A stretch of 63,823 nucleotides of DNA, filler included, from Collodictyon triciliatum (taxonomy: Eukaryota), in the NCBI GenBank assembly GCA_043381765.1. It is 37 parts of 37 records of this genome, joined end to end, with 100 filler letters (N's around TTAATTAATTAA, not from the genome) between each part and the next. Parts side by side here need not be neighbours in the genome. Positions count along the whole stretch, not along the records: positions 8,378 to 12,148 come from JBHJMP010010722.1; positions 12,249 to 13,821 come from JBHJMP010010723.1; positions 13,922 to 15,494 come from JBHJMP010010724.1; positions 15,595 to 17,166 come from JBHJMP010010725.1; positions 17,267 to 18,838 come from JBHJMP010010726.1; positions 18,939 to 20,509 come from JBHJMP010010727.1; positions 20,610 to 22,180 come from JBHJMP010010728.1; positions 22,281 to 23,851 come from JBHJMP010010729.1; 29 more parts are not named here. One strand, written 5' to 3'. Positions 11,994 through 25,622 of this stretch are shown one piece after another. A program made the translations under genes and the position numbers. Below the pieces are notes generated by a model. That model was given only the letters and a program-made list of their open reading frames with translations. It had not been told where the DNA came from and made no database searches. Every line of letters begins with the position of its first letter. The first letter of the stretch is position 1.

Positions 11994-13742
11994 TTCATTA
12001 TAATTTTCATTATTATTTTCATTTTTATATTCTTCGTTATTTTCATTGTTTTTATTGTTTTTTATTGTTTTTTATTGTTTTTTATTGTTTTTTATTGTTT
12101 TTTATTGTTTTTTATTGTTTTTTATTGTTTTTTATTGTTTTTTATTGTNNNNNNNNNNNNNNNNNNNNNNNNNNNNNNNNNNNNNNNNNNNNTTAATTAA
12201 TTAANNNNNNNNNNNNNNNNNNNNNNNNNNNNNNNNNNNNNNNNNNNNTTTTTTTTTTTTGTTTTTTTGTTTTTTTGTTTTTTTGTTTTTTTGTTTTTTT
12301 GTTTTTTTGTTTTTTTGTTTTTTTGTTTTTTTGGAAAGAAATCAACCATCCGGCTATGGTGATATTTTTCGTTTGGGAATTTCGTGCTTTTGTTGGGTAA
12401 TCAAAAACACGGTTTTATTTTTAGATCGAATGCTTGAAGAAATTCATAGATTCAATTGTCTTTGCTATTGAAAGGCATGTGTCTGGAAGAAATGAGCTCT
12501 CAGGTTTAAACTTATTATATGGTATTCCTTACACTCCAACTGATGTCGTCTAATTTTATATCTATTTTAACGCCATATGCTTAAATTAGGGCATAAATCG
12601 ATTGGCGTTGATGATATTTTACCTTTTGTCATTTTTGCATTAACCAAAGCAAAGCCTCGCTATTGTCATGCCAATATTCACTATGTACTTGCTTTTGAAG
12701 AAGATGCAGAAACTTTTGCGGACTACGGGTATTATTGATTTTGAAGGGCATACCGAAATTTTTATTGCAATAGAGTCTCACGCAATTGGTTTCTAACTCT
12801 TTGCTTTGCCTCATCTATGGCAGTTTTCAATTCACGACATTCAGAGTGGCCGTGGATTTCATCATGAACCATGATTTCCCTCCTTCTCTGAAAAAAATCA
12901 CGAGTGGTGGCTTTCGTGACTGCGTTAATTTTTCTTGGAGCTGATTAGCCCTGCACATTTTACCCTTTACATGCTCTTCATCAGCTTTTGTAAGCTGGAT
13001 TGTACACTTTTTCTTTCTTTTTCTTTCTTTTTCTTTCTTTTTCTTTCTTTTTCTTTCTTTTTCTTTCTTTTTCTTTCTTTTTCTTTCTTTTTCTTTCTTT
13101 TTCTTTCTTTTTCTCCTTTTCTCCTTTTCTCCTTTTCTCCTTTTCTCCTTTTCTCCTTTTCTCCTTTTCTCCTTTTCTCCTTTTCTCCTTTTCTCCTTTT
13201 TTCTTGTCTCCATACCAGCCAGTTTTGGATATAGTATGAGCTCCATATTGACATTTCGTGGGATAATGACTAGCTCTACACACGAGTCAATGACAGATAA
13301 AGTCCTTATTCTTGCATATGATATGGTCAGTACCATCGATGCACGTCGTCGTGCGTATTCAACGTTAGCAGTTATCTTATGCCAAAGAAAAAAAGAATCG
13401 AACATATTCTTGATGTTGTTGGCGTCCAGACTCCGCTCATCGGAAGAGAAAACACGACCCGTCGACCGGATAATATTAACAAATCTGGAAAAGGGTGGAG
13501 CACCGTGCCCTCTACGAATCTTGTTGTTTGCGGCAGACTGGCAGATATCACTGTGCTTTGACCAAATGGTAGCTCATGCATTATTCTAGTTTTCTAGGAT
13601 GAACACGCCGCCCTGCGCGAATCGGACAACGCAACAAAGCTTCCGATCATAAACCTGACTGTACATCAGACATAGTTTACCCAAGCACCCATTCCTTGAG
13701 GCTTATCTCATATGAAGTCATTACGAGTTAAAAAGACAAATG

Positions 13743-13784
<42 letters not shown>

Positions 13785-13922
13785 ACCCCCCAAAAAAAAA
13801 AAAAAAAAAAAAATATACCAANNNNNNNNNNNNNNNNNNNNNNNNNNNNNNNNNNNNNNNNNNNNTTAATTAATTAANNNNNNNNNNNNNNNNNNNNNNN
13901 NNNNNNNNNNNNNNNNNNNNNA

Positions 13923-14037
<115 letters not shown>

Positions 14038-14062
14038 GTGTCTGTGTGTCTGTGTGTGTTAG

Positions 14063-14622
14063 ACTCCAATGTTTTATCGAGGTTCTTCGGCTGCAGTTCT
14101 TGTCTTTGATATTACAAACGAAGACAGCTTTGAAAAGTTGAAGAACTGGGTGAAGGAACTTCGAATGAACGTTGATGAATCCCTCGGTAATATTATAATC
14201 TCGTTACTTTCGGCGAGTCTTTATAAAAAAATTAGTGTATCGCATGTTGACCAAAATACCAATCAAATCAAAGTTCTAGCGATTGCTGCAAATAAAGCAG
14301 ATTTAAAGGCAAATAAACGAATTTCCACCAGGGTTGTAACAGGTTAAATTTGCATTTTTAATTTTTCTTCAGAGGGCATTATTAACTTCCCTGTCTAAAC
14401 CATCCTACAGAGTATGCTGAGTCTATCAGAGCAGCAGTTTTTGAAACGTCTGCGAAAGATGATACCGGTATCACCGACATGTTCACAGCTATTGCTCGGC
14501 AACTGCTTCAAGTTTACCGAACTGACGGTGGATCCTTTATTTCTACACAAAAATCTCAAGTGATTCCTCAGTCTGTAAACGGAGGAACAGACACGGCTGA
14601 ATCCTCTGGTTGTGCCTGTTAA
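14063..14622 (+). CDS. Rab GTPase, Rab5/21/22 group (last three exons)
   Basis: TPMFYRGSSAAVLVFDIT, ANKAD, FETSAK and a C-terminal CAC prenylation motif, then TAA. Two GT-AG introns. Confidence 0.9.
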
Positions 14623-14665
14623 ATGAGGAAAAAAAGAGGAGAAAAAAAAAGGAGAAAAAAAAGAG

Positions 14666-14716
<51 letters not shown>

Positions 14717-15274
14717 AAAAAAAAAAAGAAAAAAAAAAAAAAAAAAAAGAGAAAATAGAAGAACAACAGGAGGAAGAGAAGGCAAAAGAAAATGATGCAC
14801 AAAAATTGGGACACTACAAGTTGCACTCATTGAATCTCGCTCAAGTAGATCCGTTCTTTTCGTACACATGTTTTATTTTTGTCAGCTTCAACGTACAATT
14901 GAATTATTCAAAAAATTTCTTCATCCAAATCAATTATCATTTCTCTTTTATAGAAAAATTGTCCTGAATAAATACATGAAAAAAAAAAAAAAGAAGAGAA
15001 CAGTCTCATTTATTTCACTGCTCATCGGCAAGAACATATATACATATAAAAAGATAACTGTAATGTTGAGATATTCTATCTTGGTCAAATTACTGAAAGA
15101 ACTTCCTGTCTTTGTTTTGCTTTGTTTCCTTTCTGATCATAAATAGTTTATAATAAAAGAGAGTGCAATAGGGAAGGAAAGGCCAAAAAAGGACAGAAAA
15201 AGAAAATGATGGAAAACAGAGAAAGTATTCTTGCACACACAGACTATTCTACCCGAGGTGAATCAGCTCTAACG

Positions 15275-15494
15275 CGGTTTCTGGTTGTGTTCGAGACTGA
15301 CAGAAGAGCGGATAAAGTTGTAGGGTCGATGAGAGTATGCACATGGCAGTTGCTTCTCAAATCGATTCCGACGAGTCCTTTCAACAGTCTATCTCAGACA
15401 AGGTTTACATCCTATTTCATTCCACTGGATGAGTCTTTTGAGGGGACAACGGGTCACTTTCCTTGCGTTTCTTGCTGGGCGACTCTGACAAAAA
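15275..15494. repeat. Unclassified interspersed repeat, copy 1
   Basis: About 90% identical by eye to 28543-28760. Confidence 0.85.
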
Positions 15495-15594
15495 NNNNNN
15501 NNNNNNNNNNNNNNNNNNNNNNNNNNNNNNNNNNNNNNTTAATTAATTAANNNNNNNNNNNNNNNNNNNNNNNNNNNNNNNNNNNNNNNNNNNN

Positions 15595-17166
15595 GTACTC
15601 GAATAGCACTGCACAAACAACATCATCACGGGTTCGAAATCTGTCGCAGACTCCATCATCCATTCCGCCGCCCCCGAGTGGGGCAGCTCCAACTCTATCG
15701 CTATCAAGTTCAGGCTCAAAGCCGCGCAGCACTTCGACAAATTCACCTCGCATAGTTGCTCACTCGACACCTGCTATGGAAGGTGGTTATATATCTAAAC
15801 ATGTCTTTGTTTATTTCTTCTTGTAGATTTCGCTTAATCACATCAAGCAAATAATGATAATAATAATATTAATATTGATTGCCTCAAGCATGCGTCTCTT
15901 TTCTTAAGAATTTTGTTAATTTATTTGATCTTATCACTTTCAAATAAAGTTGCTTCCTGAAGATTGTCCCCTTGTTTTCAGCCGCTGTTAATTTTCATCA
16001 CTATCGTATTATCCTCACTGGATTTGCTCCTCATACACTCATTTATATTTTTTGTCGTACAGCAAGCCGTAGGCCATCACTTAACCGGGATACCTCACCT
16101 TACCGCCCGGGTAACTTATTTATTCTCGCACTGCGCAGCAGTTTCATGATTCATAGGATATTTTTCCTGCAAAAGTCATGCATAGAAAATATTAAATCAT
16201 ATTACACACAGATAACTCCCTTTTTTTTGTTTTATTTTTTCGCATGGCTCTGTTGTTTTAAGCTAGCCTGTGATAATCACACTCGAATTTCATATATATA
16301 AACATTATTATTAAGATTTTCTTGTCCGCTCACCCACTAACTCAATACCCTGAATCCAAACCAGTGGTGCCTTCCTCTAGCCAAGCTGCCAATTCTGCAA
16401 ATATGATCGGAGTGTCTTTTCCAACTATCTCATCCACCAACCCTGGAACTTCAGCAAATCGTTCACACAGCTCCCTTTCAAAATCTTCATCCAACTCCAA
16501 CCTTCAAGCAAACTACACACCTGCGGTCTCAAACACAAACACATCTGCGCTACACGCATCTGTTTCGTCCGCTCATCCACCAGGGAATTTAAATACTTTG
16601 ACGAGTCAAGTCACCCGAAGCACAAGTTCATCTTCCCTTGGGCAATCAAACTCATCGTCCAATCCTCGCTCCCCGTCGTTTAATTCCCCGACTTCTGCCC
16701 CAAAAACATCAGCAAATATAAACTCTGTGTCATCGACAAAGACATACAGCGGACCAACACGTGGGTTGGTTGGGCTACAAAATCTTGGAAATACTGTAAT
16801 GTATTCGCGCCAGAAATTAACCAACATAACCAACCGTCCTTGTTCGTTCGATTTATATCTGTTAATATATTGAGAGCTCGTCCTTCATAAATACATGGCA
16901 AAACAATTTTCCTGACTTTTATTTACTACCGATCTAGTGTTTCATGAACTCTGCCCTTCAGTGCCTCTTCAACACACCGCCGATTATTCGGTATTTTCTC
17001 ACTGATAAAGTCGAAAGTGAGGTGAATACAAAGTCAAGTTCTGGAGGTGAAATAGCCTTAGGTATATCGACTCTTTAAATGCTTCGCAGAACACTTTTTA
17101 AACCCACATAGTATATCGTTATTTCTTGTGGTGTATTTAGTTCATTTCTTTTCATTACAGCTTTTC
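15595..17166 (+). CDS. Ubiquitin-specific protease (C19) with long Ser/Thr/Pro-rich N-terminus (spliced, partial)
   Basis: Cys box [21 protein letters not shown] is joined across a GT-AG intron at about 16796-16937. Confidence 0.9.
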
Positions 17167-17718
17167 NNNNNNNNNNNNNNNNNNNNNNNNNNNNNNNNNN
17201 NNNNNNNNNNTTAATTAATTAANNNNNNNNNNNNNNNNNNNNNNNNNNNNNNNNNNNNNNNNNNNNTTTTTTTTGGTTTTTTTTGGTTTTTTTTGGTTTT
17301 TTTTGGTTTTTTTTGGTTTTTTTTGGTTTTTTTTGGTTTTTTTGGTTTTTTTGGTTTTTAGAATCAGCCGCCTCCCTGGCATCATGATCGCAGTGCCTTC
17401 TTCGCGTCCAAGTTGCTTCGCATAGGCTCTGTGGTTTGTGTGGTTGGATCGGATTCGCCCAAAGAAGACAGAATATGTGGCCAGTGACAATATCTATTGT
17501 GGAATTAATACCCATAATGTTATATTATCACAAATATATGGAACAGTAGACAGAAAAATAGCAAAATAATTGCAATATTGATATTATGATAGTTATAATT
17601 GTAAGCTGGAGACGATTGGGTAATTTTCTATGGGTCTCTATTGATTATTCTACGGGATCAGTTGATCTCCAGCAAGTTTCGCCTGCGTTTGCCAGTCACC
17701 TGGGCTTTGAATACAACG

Positions 17719-18575
17719 GTGGTCTTCCACTTCACGGCCTGCGACGGTACGGTTTCAGAGACTATATCTTTTCTCTTTATCATTTACCCCACTATATCCT
17801 TTCTGTCAGTCTAAATCTGCCTATGATTTTTTTCTTTCTCTTATTGATCGCTCGGTGCTTGATTTTCATATTTTTTTTTCTAACCGGCCAACTTCTCGCT
17901 TCGCTTCGATCAAAGGGTCTATCCTCTATATGGGAAGGGACAAGTATGAAAACGAGGTTCATATTCGCCCAGATATCTCCTTTTCTCCCCTCTGACATTC
18001 CGAATAAAATACACATGAATATTGGCTATGTCATTTCGAACAGTAAATATAAAGCGCTTTTCTCATGGCTTCTTTTATTTATGGATATTGATAAAAAAAA
18101 AATAAATAATAATTGTATTTGTCATCATATCATGCCAACGATGTGCTGTTGAGTAGACAGGAAAAACGAACAAAATTACTTATCCGAATGATTTTTCATT
18201 TAAAAAAGGACATGATACGATATGGCCTTCCCCAAGATGTCTGGTAAGCAGAAATACCAACCAATTCATGTAGAGCTTATACAATCATAATTTTTTTATC
18301 ATCTTATAAATTTAATAAATGAATATCATCCACATTTATCATTAGAATCAGCGTTATGATGCGATTATTCGTTGCATGCATATATTTAAGAGTTTACTGA
18401 ATGTCTGATTATCGAACACAATATGTTGATTTCATTTAGATTTGATACTAAAAACAGTTTGCAATAAAGGTTTCATGTGGACGACATGTCTTCTGCCCAC
18501 GTGTATCTCCGCATGAAGGAGGGCATGGTCATAACAGAGATTCCACCTGCTCTTTTGGAAGACTGTGCACAGTTG
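17719..18575 (+). CDS. CCDC25: CCDC25/Jlp2 family protein (NFACT-R domain), spliced, partial
   Basis: Exons give VVFHFTACD|GSILYMGRDKYENE|DMIRYGLPQDVW|FHVDDMSSAHVYLRM...LLEDCAQL. Confidence 0.9.
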
Positions 18576-20440
18576 GTGAATCCATTCCATACAGCCCATA
18601 TTTTCGAAATATTATCAGCCATTACCGAGAGCATTTTCTCTTATATAAAATTCCCTCGCTCGATCACTATGTTAATATGTTTTGGGGTGGTTTGATGTGT
18701 TTTGATGTGTTTTGATGTGATGTGGTGTGATGTGGTGTGATGTGATGTGATGTGATGTGATGTGATGTGATGTGATGTGATGTGATGTGATGTGATGTGA
18801 TGCTTATGATCTGACTTACTCAGTTCACCGCTGGAACCNNNNNNNNNNNNNNNNNNNNNNNNNNNNNNNNNNNNNNNNNNNNTTAATTAATTAANNNNNN
18901 NNNNNNNNNNNNNNNNNNNNNNNNNNNNNNNNNNNNNNTTTTTTGTTTTTTTTTTTTTTTTTTTTTGTTTGTTTTTTTTGTTTGTTTTTTTTTGTTTGTT
19001 TTTTGTTTGTTTGTTTTTTGTTTGTTTTTTTCAAGGTAACTTTAGTAAGCAGATAGCTATATATTCAAACAAATGAAATGGACAGAAAGTGCAAGAACAG
19101 GAACAAAGTCAGAGAAAAGCGGCGACATGAATAATCCGAGAGCAAGAAGAAATGACGAGTAAAACAAAATCACGAAATCCATCAAAATGTTTGTAAGGTC
19201 TTCTAGATCATAGAAAAACTCAGAGTCAAACCATCTCAGAAGCTTGTTTTCTCGGCAGAGTTTCGTTCCGAAGCAAGGGGAGTACAGCGTGCCTCTGTGG
19301 AGTCCGGTTTATGAGTCTTTTTTTAGGCTCTCTTATGTGTAGAAAGAAATCAGGCGTAGTGATTTTTGAGCACGAGATCACGAAAGATGGAAAAATGTGT
19401 ATATATGGAGAGGAACAATCTATTGCTATTTATAGAAATTATTTCTGGAATATAATTATATAAGCACAATACAACCATAGAATGACGTAAAACTCGTTTT
19501 TTGCTTAATATTTATGGTATTAACATACAAATTAATACAATCGCGCAAAATTGTAACATCCTATGAATGATGTTCATAAGCCCAGGCTTTTTGTTAGACT
19601 GCGCAACCATACACATCTTGTGACATATCTGCAAGTCCCAAACAACAAACCCAACTGAAACTGAAACACACACACACACTCGACATATTCTCGCATGGAA
19701 ACTAATCAGTAATAAAAGAAGAGATGCCATGAGAGTATCAAAGCTACTTTCAGGTCGGTGTATAACACCGTCGAGACAATAATGCTGGTTTGCGGTGTGC
19801 GCCTCTAAAATGAATGTAAACTTCGAGTATATATATTCGCCATTAAATCTTTGGAAGCCCGCTGAAAACATGCACAATCTATCGCACCTTGAGTCGATTA
19901 CAAAGTTATTCTATACATACCTCGCGCCAACTAGAAAAAAGAGAAGAAGATAAAGGAAGAGAAGTAGGTTAAGAAAGTAGGTAGGACAAAGACAAATCTA
20001 TTCGAGACAGCCTCCCACCAACGCAGAGTCGCTGTGCCCTTTTGATATTCCCTGAATCGATCCACAAGCAAAACGGAAATCATCGATCAAATAGAAAGAA
20101 AAAAAAATACAAGGGTTGGCGATGAAAAAAAAACGCCAACTTCGGAGTGTTGCTTCAGTTTGCCTGTTCCAACCATCTCCATTCACCAGAATCACTGATT
20201 GAACTTCCGTGCACTGCGAAGCATTCGCCCTTCTCTTCAGAGGGTAACGCTGTTGAAAAAAAGAAACAACTTTCATTGGATGGACTTCATTCGTTCACTT
20301 TTTAGGGTAAGGGCTGGACTGCCTCAAACAAAGAAAAAAAATCAAGAACAAACAACTCAAACGAAAAGTCTTTCACAACACTTCATTCGGACACGCAACT
20401 AACTTCTCTCTCTTTCTTTCTTTCTTTCTTTTCTTTCTTT

Positions 20441-20508
<68 letters not shown>

Positions 20509-20610
20509 TNNNNNNNNNNNNNNNNNNNNNNNNNNNNNNNNNNNNNNNNNNNNTTAATTAATTAANNNNNNNNNNNNNNNNNNNNNNNNNNNNNNNNNNN
20601 NNNNNNNNNC

Positions 20611-20705
<95 letters not shown>

Positions 20706-20906
20706 AGTGAAGAGATACATCATACAACAGGAACTACTATGTAAGAAGTCTGATGGTCAAGAGAATATATATACTCTGTACGATTTTATTAAATCTTTCA
20801 TTTTGTTTCTTTCTTCCTCTTTTTATTTGAGGAAGAAGTTTGTCGTGTCGTGTCGTTTGTGTCGTGTGTGTGTGTGATTTCATCGACTAAGCTGTATGCT
20901 TTGAAG

Positions 20907-21771
20907 TTACAAATCTCTGACGTACGGACGCTGTGTTTCATACCCCGAGTGTGTTTGGTCTGCTTCACCACTTTGCGCGGGCGGAGAGTTTTGTTGGTCC
21001 GATGCCGATTCGGATTGGTAGAATAAAATATATCCCACGTTTGTGTTTTGCGGGATGTCGCTGCTGCTTCCGAAAACCGCCTGCACTTGTGACTCTTCAA
21101 TTACCTGACAAATACGAAATGAAGCAGTTTTTTTTTCTTAAAAAAAATTAATTAATAAATCGGCTTTTTATGATTATGGTTCAATTTCAACAAATGGTTC
21201 CTTTTTGATTCTTTGCATCATTTCGTGTAACAGACATCAACGTTATCATCGTCGAATAGAAGCCAATGGTTGTGACACTTGACGATGCAAATATAGTGGC
21301 CATGATTCGGTCCGCTGATGGTAAATGAGATTAAAAATAACAAAACGTACAAGCAGCAGATATAGATATATATATATATATTTCGTTTGTGGATGAAAAT
21401 AGACGAAAAAGAAAAGCTTCTTTATTTTTTATTAGTATTTACCTTCCAGCATGAACAACAATCGCAAAAAGCTCATACAAGCTGTCGGAGTCTGGGTCTT
21501 CAGGAGGCTTAGGATATGATAATTAGTGTGTTGGTGAATATCTCCTCTATGAAGTGTATTAATTGTTCTCATAGAAACCTGTGTTGTCTATGAGGATTTA
21601 TGCGCAGTGTAAAAATTATATGAATATTTGGTTCATACAAGATTCGCCACTTTTAATTCCATCGGGAAAACGACGCGGTGGGTCAGTTTCTTGTGTCTTT
21701 GTAGATGCTCGACGTATTTGAATCTTTTTAGGTGCAAGGCCAGCACTTTTGGCAGCTTCTTTATTCTCATC
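20907..21771 (-). CDS. USP12/USP46-like deubiquitinase, 3' exons
   Basis: [19 protein letters not shown]...[34 protein letters not shown] and GYILFYQ, ending in TAA. Confidence 0.9.
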
Positions 21772-22280
21772 CTGGATGAAAGCATCACTGGGTTTACCAA
21801 CATATATAAAAATGGTATCAATCGTTTCAAATAACGTTCATTTTTCTTTTCATTATCCTTTCATTAATTTTTAATATCTTTTTGGCCAATAATTCGTTTG
21901 CTCTCAAAGTCTCTTCTTTCTAATTTGAAGCGAAACGGGACTCGTAGGGTTGTTTTTTGTTTTTTTGTTGTTTTTTGTTGTTGTTGTTTTTTGTTGTTGT
22001 TTTGTTGTTGTTTTGTTGTTTTTTTGTTGTTTTGTTGTTGTTTTTTTGTTGTTGTTTTTTGTTGTTGTTTTTTGTTGTTGTTTTTTGTTGTTGTTTTTTG
22101 TTTTTTGCTTTGTTTTTTGCTGTTGTTTTTTGTTGTTGTTTTTTGTTGTTTTTTTTTTGTTGTTTTTTGTTGTTGTTTTTNNNNNNNNNNNNNNNNNNNN
22201 NNNNNNNNNNNNNNNNNNNNNNNNTTAATTAATTAANNNNNNNNNNNNNNNNNNNNNNNNNNNNNNNNNNNNNNNNNNNN

Positions 22281-22401
<121 letters not shown>

Positions 22402-22539
22402 TGGGATACAGCTGGGATATACTATTCACTACACTCCAAATGTTGAGCAGATGGACAGGTTAAATTTAGTAGCTTTTGGGCTTCTTTCTTGACACTTTCA
22501 ATGAAATTTACAGATTTTACCATGAATTTTTCGGAAATT

Positions 22540-23851
22540 TATCTCTTTTGAGATAAATCTGGTTTTTCAAGAAAAAAATGCAGTAGCACCTACTAAGAGG
22601 TTTTTATTTTATTTTCCCTTTTTACATTTTATTTTTACTGTCAATAATTTTTAATATCATAAACGGAATGACCTATATACATTTTGGTTCATTTTTCTTC
22701 TTCTTTAGCCTAGGGGTTATAATTTTTGTTTGTAATTTCATTTTCTTGTCGTCTGTTTCATTTTTTTTTTGTATAAAAAATATTATTATTTTTTTTTACT
22801 CCTTTGATATCCATTTCCCTAGAATTTATATATTTTATTTTTATTTCCTGATCAATGAATTACATTGCTCCTCTGGTAATAGTAAAATTTGATGACAGGT
22901 TCACACCGCTTCAAATTTTTGGCTGACTGACACAGCTTGATTCACATTTGAGTAATTTTAATATATTTATAATATCCATATCGATTTGGGAAATTTATAA
23001 TTTTTTTGAGATGAACCTGGTTTTTCAAGAAAAAAAATGCAGTAGCACCTACTAAGAGGTTTTTATTTTTTTCTTTTGATTTTCATAAATTGAGTCTTTT
23101 TGGGTCCTGTTTCCTTTGCTTTTGAATTTTTTTTGTTCGTAATTTAATTTTTTCACGTTTTTTTAAAAATTATTTTTTACTCCTTTGATTTCTATTTTCT
23201 AGTATATATTTGCTATATTTTTATTCGCTGATAAATTAAGTACATTTCTTCGCCGGCAATCGTAAAATTTGATGACGGGTTCAAACCGTTTCAAAATTTT
23301 GGCCGACTGACACACTTTGATTCATTTTTGAGTAAATTTTTAATATATTTATAATATCCATATCGATTTGGGAAATTTATAATTTTTTTGAGATGAACCT
23401 GGTTTTTCAAGAAAAAAAATGCAGTAGTACCTTCTTCATGATTTTTATTTTTTTCTTTTGATTTTCATAAATTGAGTCTTTTTGGGTCCTGTTTCCTTTA
23501 CTTTTGAATTATTTTTTTTGTTCGTAATTTAATTTTTTTCTCGTTTTTTTAAAAAAAAATTTTCAAAGTTTCTCTTAAATTTTTTTTTTACTCCTTTGAT
23601 TTCTATTTTCAAGTAATATTTGCTATATCTTTATTCACTGATAAATTAAGTACATTTCTTCGCCGGCAATCGTAAAATTTGATGACGGGTTCAAACCGTT
23701 TCAAAATTTTGGCTGACTGACACACTTTGATTCATATTTGAGTAAATTTTTAATATATTTATAATTTCCAAATCGATTTGGGAAATTTATAATTTTTTTG
23801 AGATGAACCTGGTTTTTCAAGAAAAAAAATGCAGTAGTACCTACTAAGAGG
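22540..23851. repeat. AT-rich tandem satellite, unit about 380-460 bp, at least 3 copies
   Basis: The GAGAT(G/A)AA(C/T)CTGGTTTTTCAAG...GCAGTAG anchor recurs at 22550, 23008, 23390 and 23800. Confidence 0.9.
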
Positions 23852-25424
23852 NNNNNNNNNNNNNNNNNNNNNNNNNNNNNNNNNNNNNNNNNNNNTTAAT
23901 TAATTAANNNNNNNNNNNNNNNNNNNNNNNNNNNNNNNNNNNNNNNNNNNNATTTAACGGAGAAACATAAAAAAAAAAAAAAAGTACATATTCACAGTTC
24001 CATACATAATCTCTACATTACCTGCCAATAGTTCAGAGTTCGAAACAGAACTAAGAATATGTGAAATGGTATGTCTCATAATTTGGTGATGATAATTTCT
24101 TTCTAGGAATATGTCTAATCATGTAGCATTAAATGTGCGTAAATACAACCGAGTATTCTGACTTAATTTTGTTTTTGCTCTACTTGCAATATTTATGTGT
24201 GGTATTGTTAGGTTGAATCTGGACTGTTGAATGCTGTGATTGACCAAAAAAACAAGGCTGTTTTGCTTAAGGATGATGAAGAAAAGTACGACACTGAAGG
24301 TGAAAATAAAATAGTGATCGTTTGTGTGTACACTGACCCAAACGATTAATATTATAGGAATTAAAAATACTCTACAATGTTTAAATTTTTTTTTAAAAAA
24401 AAAAGCATCACTTTTCCTGTATATAAATTCAAGACTTAGCCAAAGTACGATTTTGCTATTAATCATATTAAAACTGATTTACACGAATGCATTCACCTAT
24501 ATTATAAAGCGACCCTCGCTCTCCTGGATGCGCAAATGAGAAAAGTGATGCACTTGGCACATTTGACAAAGACATGTGACAACGCAACAATGCTTTCGTC
24601 AGAATATGCAAAGACGGTGGGTAGTAGAAAAATGTATATAAATAGTGATAGCAATCATGAGTATATATTAATTATGTTGTTTTTTTAAAATGCTCTCACT
24701 TCACTCTTGAAAACGGCGTATTGATTTGATTACACAACAACTCGAGCATAACTGGTGTACTATACACATCCTTCTTTTCATCATCTTATTAAATAGGCTG
24801 TGACTCAAGAACGCTTCAGAACTGACGATTTGTACGAGGAAGGATACGCTTGAAACAGCTAACCAGAAGCCTTGGCTGATGCGAGAATAAAAGAATCTCA
24901 TGACTCAAAGCATTTCGTCTTGTCAGCTATTCATTTGTTTATATAAATCCCATTGCTTTTTCTTTCGTATGATGAATCATATATGTCTGTTTGAAGATAA
25001 AACAAAGAAGGCATGGATGATGGTATTAATCAAGGGTTATGATACCTACAATAACACAATCATAACTTCATATTGGTATATAATTTATTTATCCTTTCTC
25101 TTAATTACATTGCTGGTTTTAGAGGGACGCAGAACCCGTAGAATGTTTGAGTTCCTTCTTAAATTTTTTTCTTTGGCTGTTTTTTCTTGGCCATGTTTGC
25201 CAAGATTTCGTCATCGTGGATGTGACAACATCAATTTGTTAGGTAAGTGACATCTTGAATCTGCGTTCCATCAGGCAGTTGAAAAAGACCAGAGTTCCGC
25301 ATATCACGAACCCATATCTTGCATTCAAAGTTGTTTGATATAATGAAGAAATAAATTAGAATAGAAGTGCGCCTATGACAAGGCAATAGTAATATTACTG
25401 GAGATAGTAAGCTCATGACGATGT

Positions 25425-25522
<98 letters not shown>

Positions 25523-25622
25523 NNNNNNNNNNNNNNNNNNNNNNNNNNNNNNNNNNNNNNNNNNNNTTAATTAATTAANNNNNNNNNNNNNNNNNNNNNN
25601 NNNNNNNNNNNNNNNNNNNNNN

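Noticed and set aside
12600..13680. Possible minus-strand gene
   Set aside because: Exon-like blocks exist, but I could not build a consistent splice model or recognise a domain.
23952..25430. Possible minus-strand gene with in-frame TGA (..YLTN*CCHIHDD..)
   Set aside because: No homology anchor and all frames close soon after, so it cannot be used as evidence of recoding.
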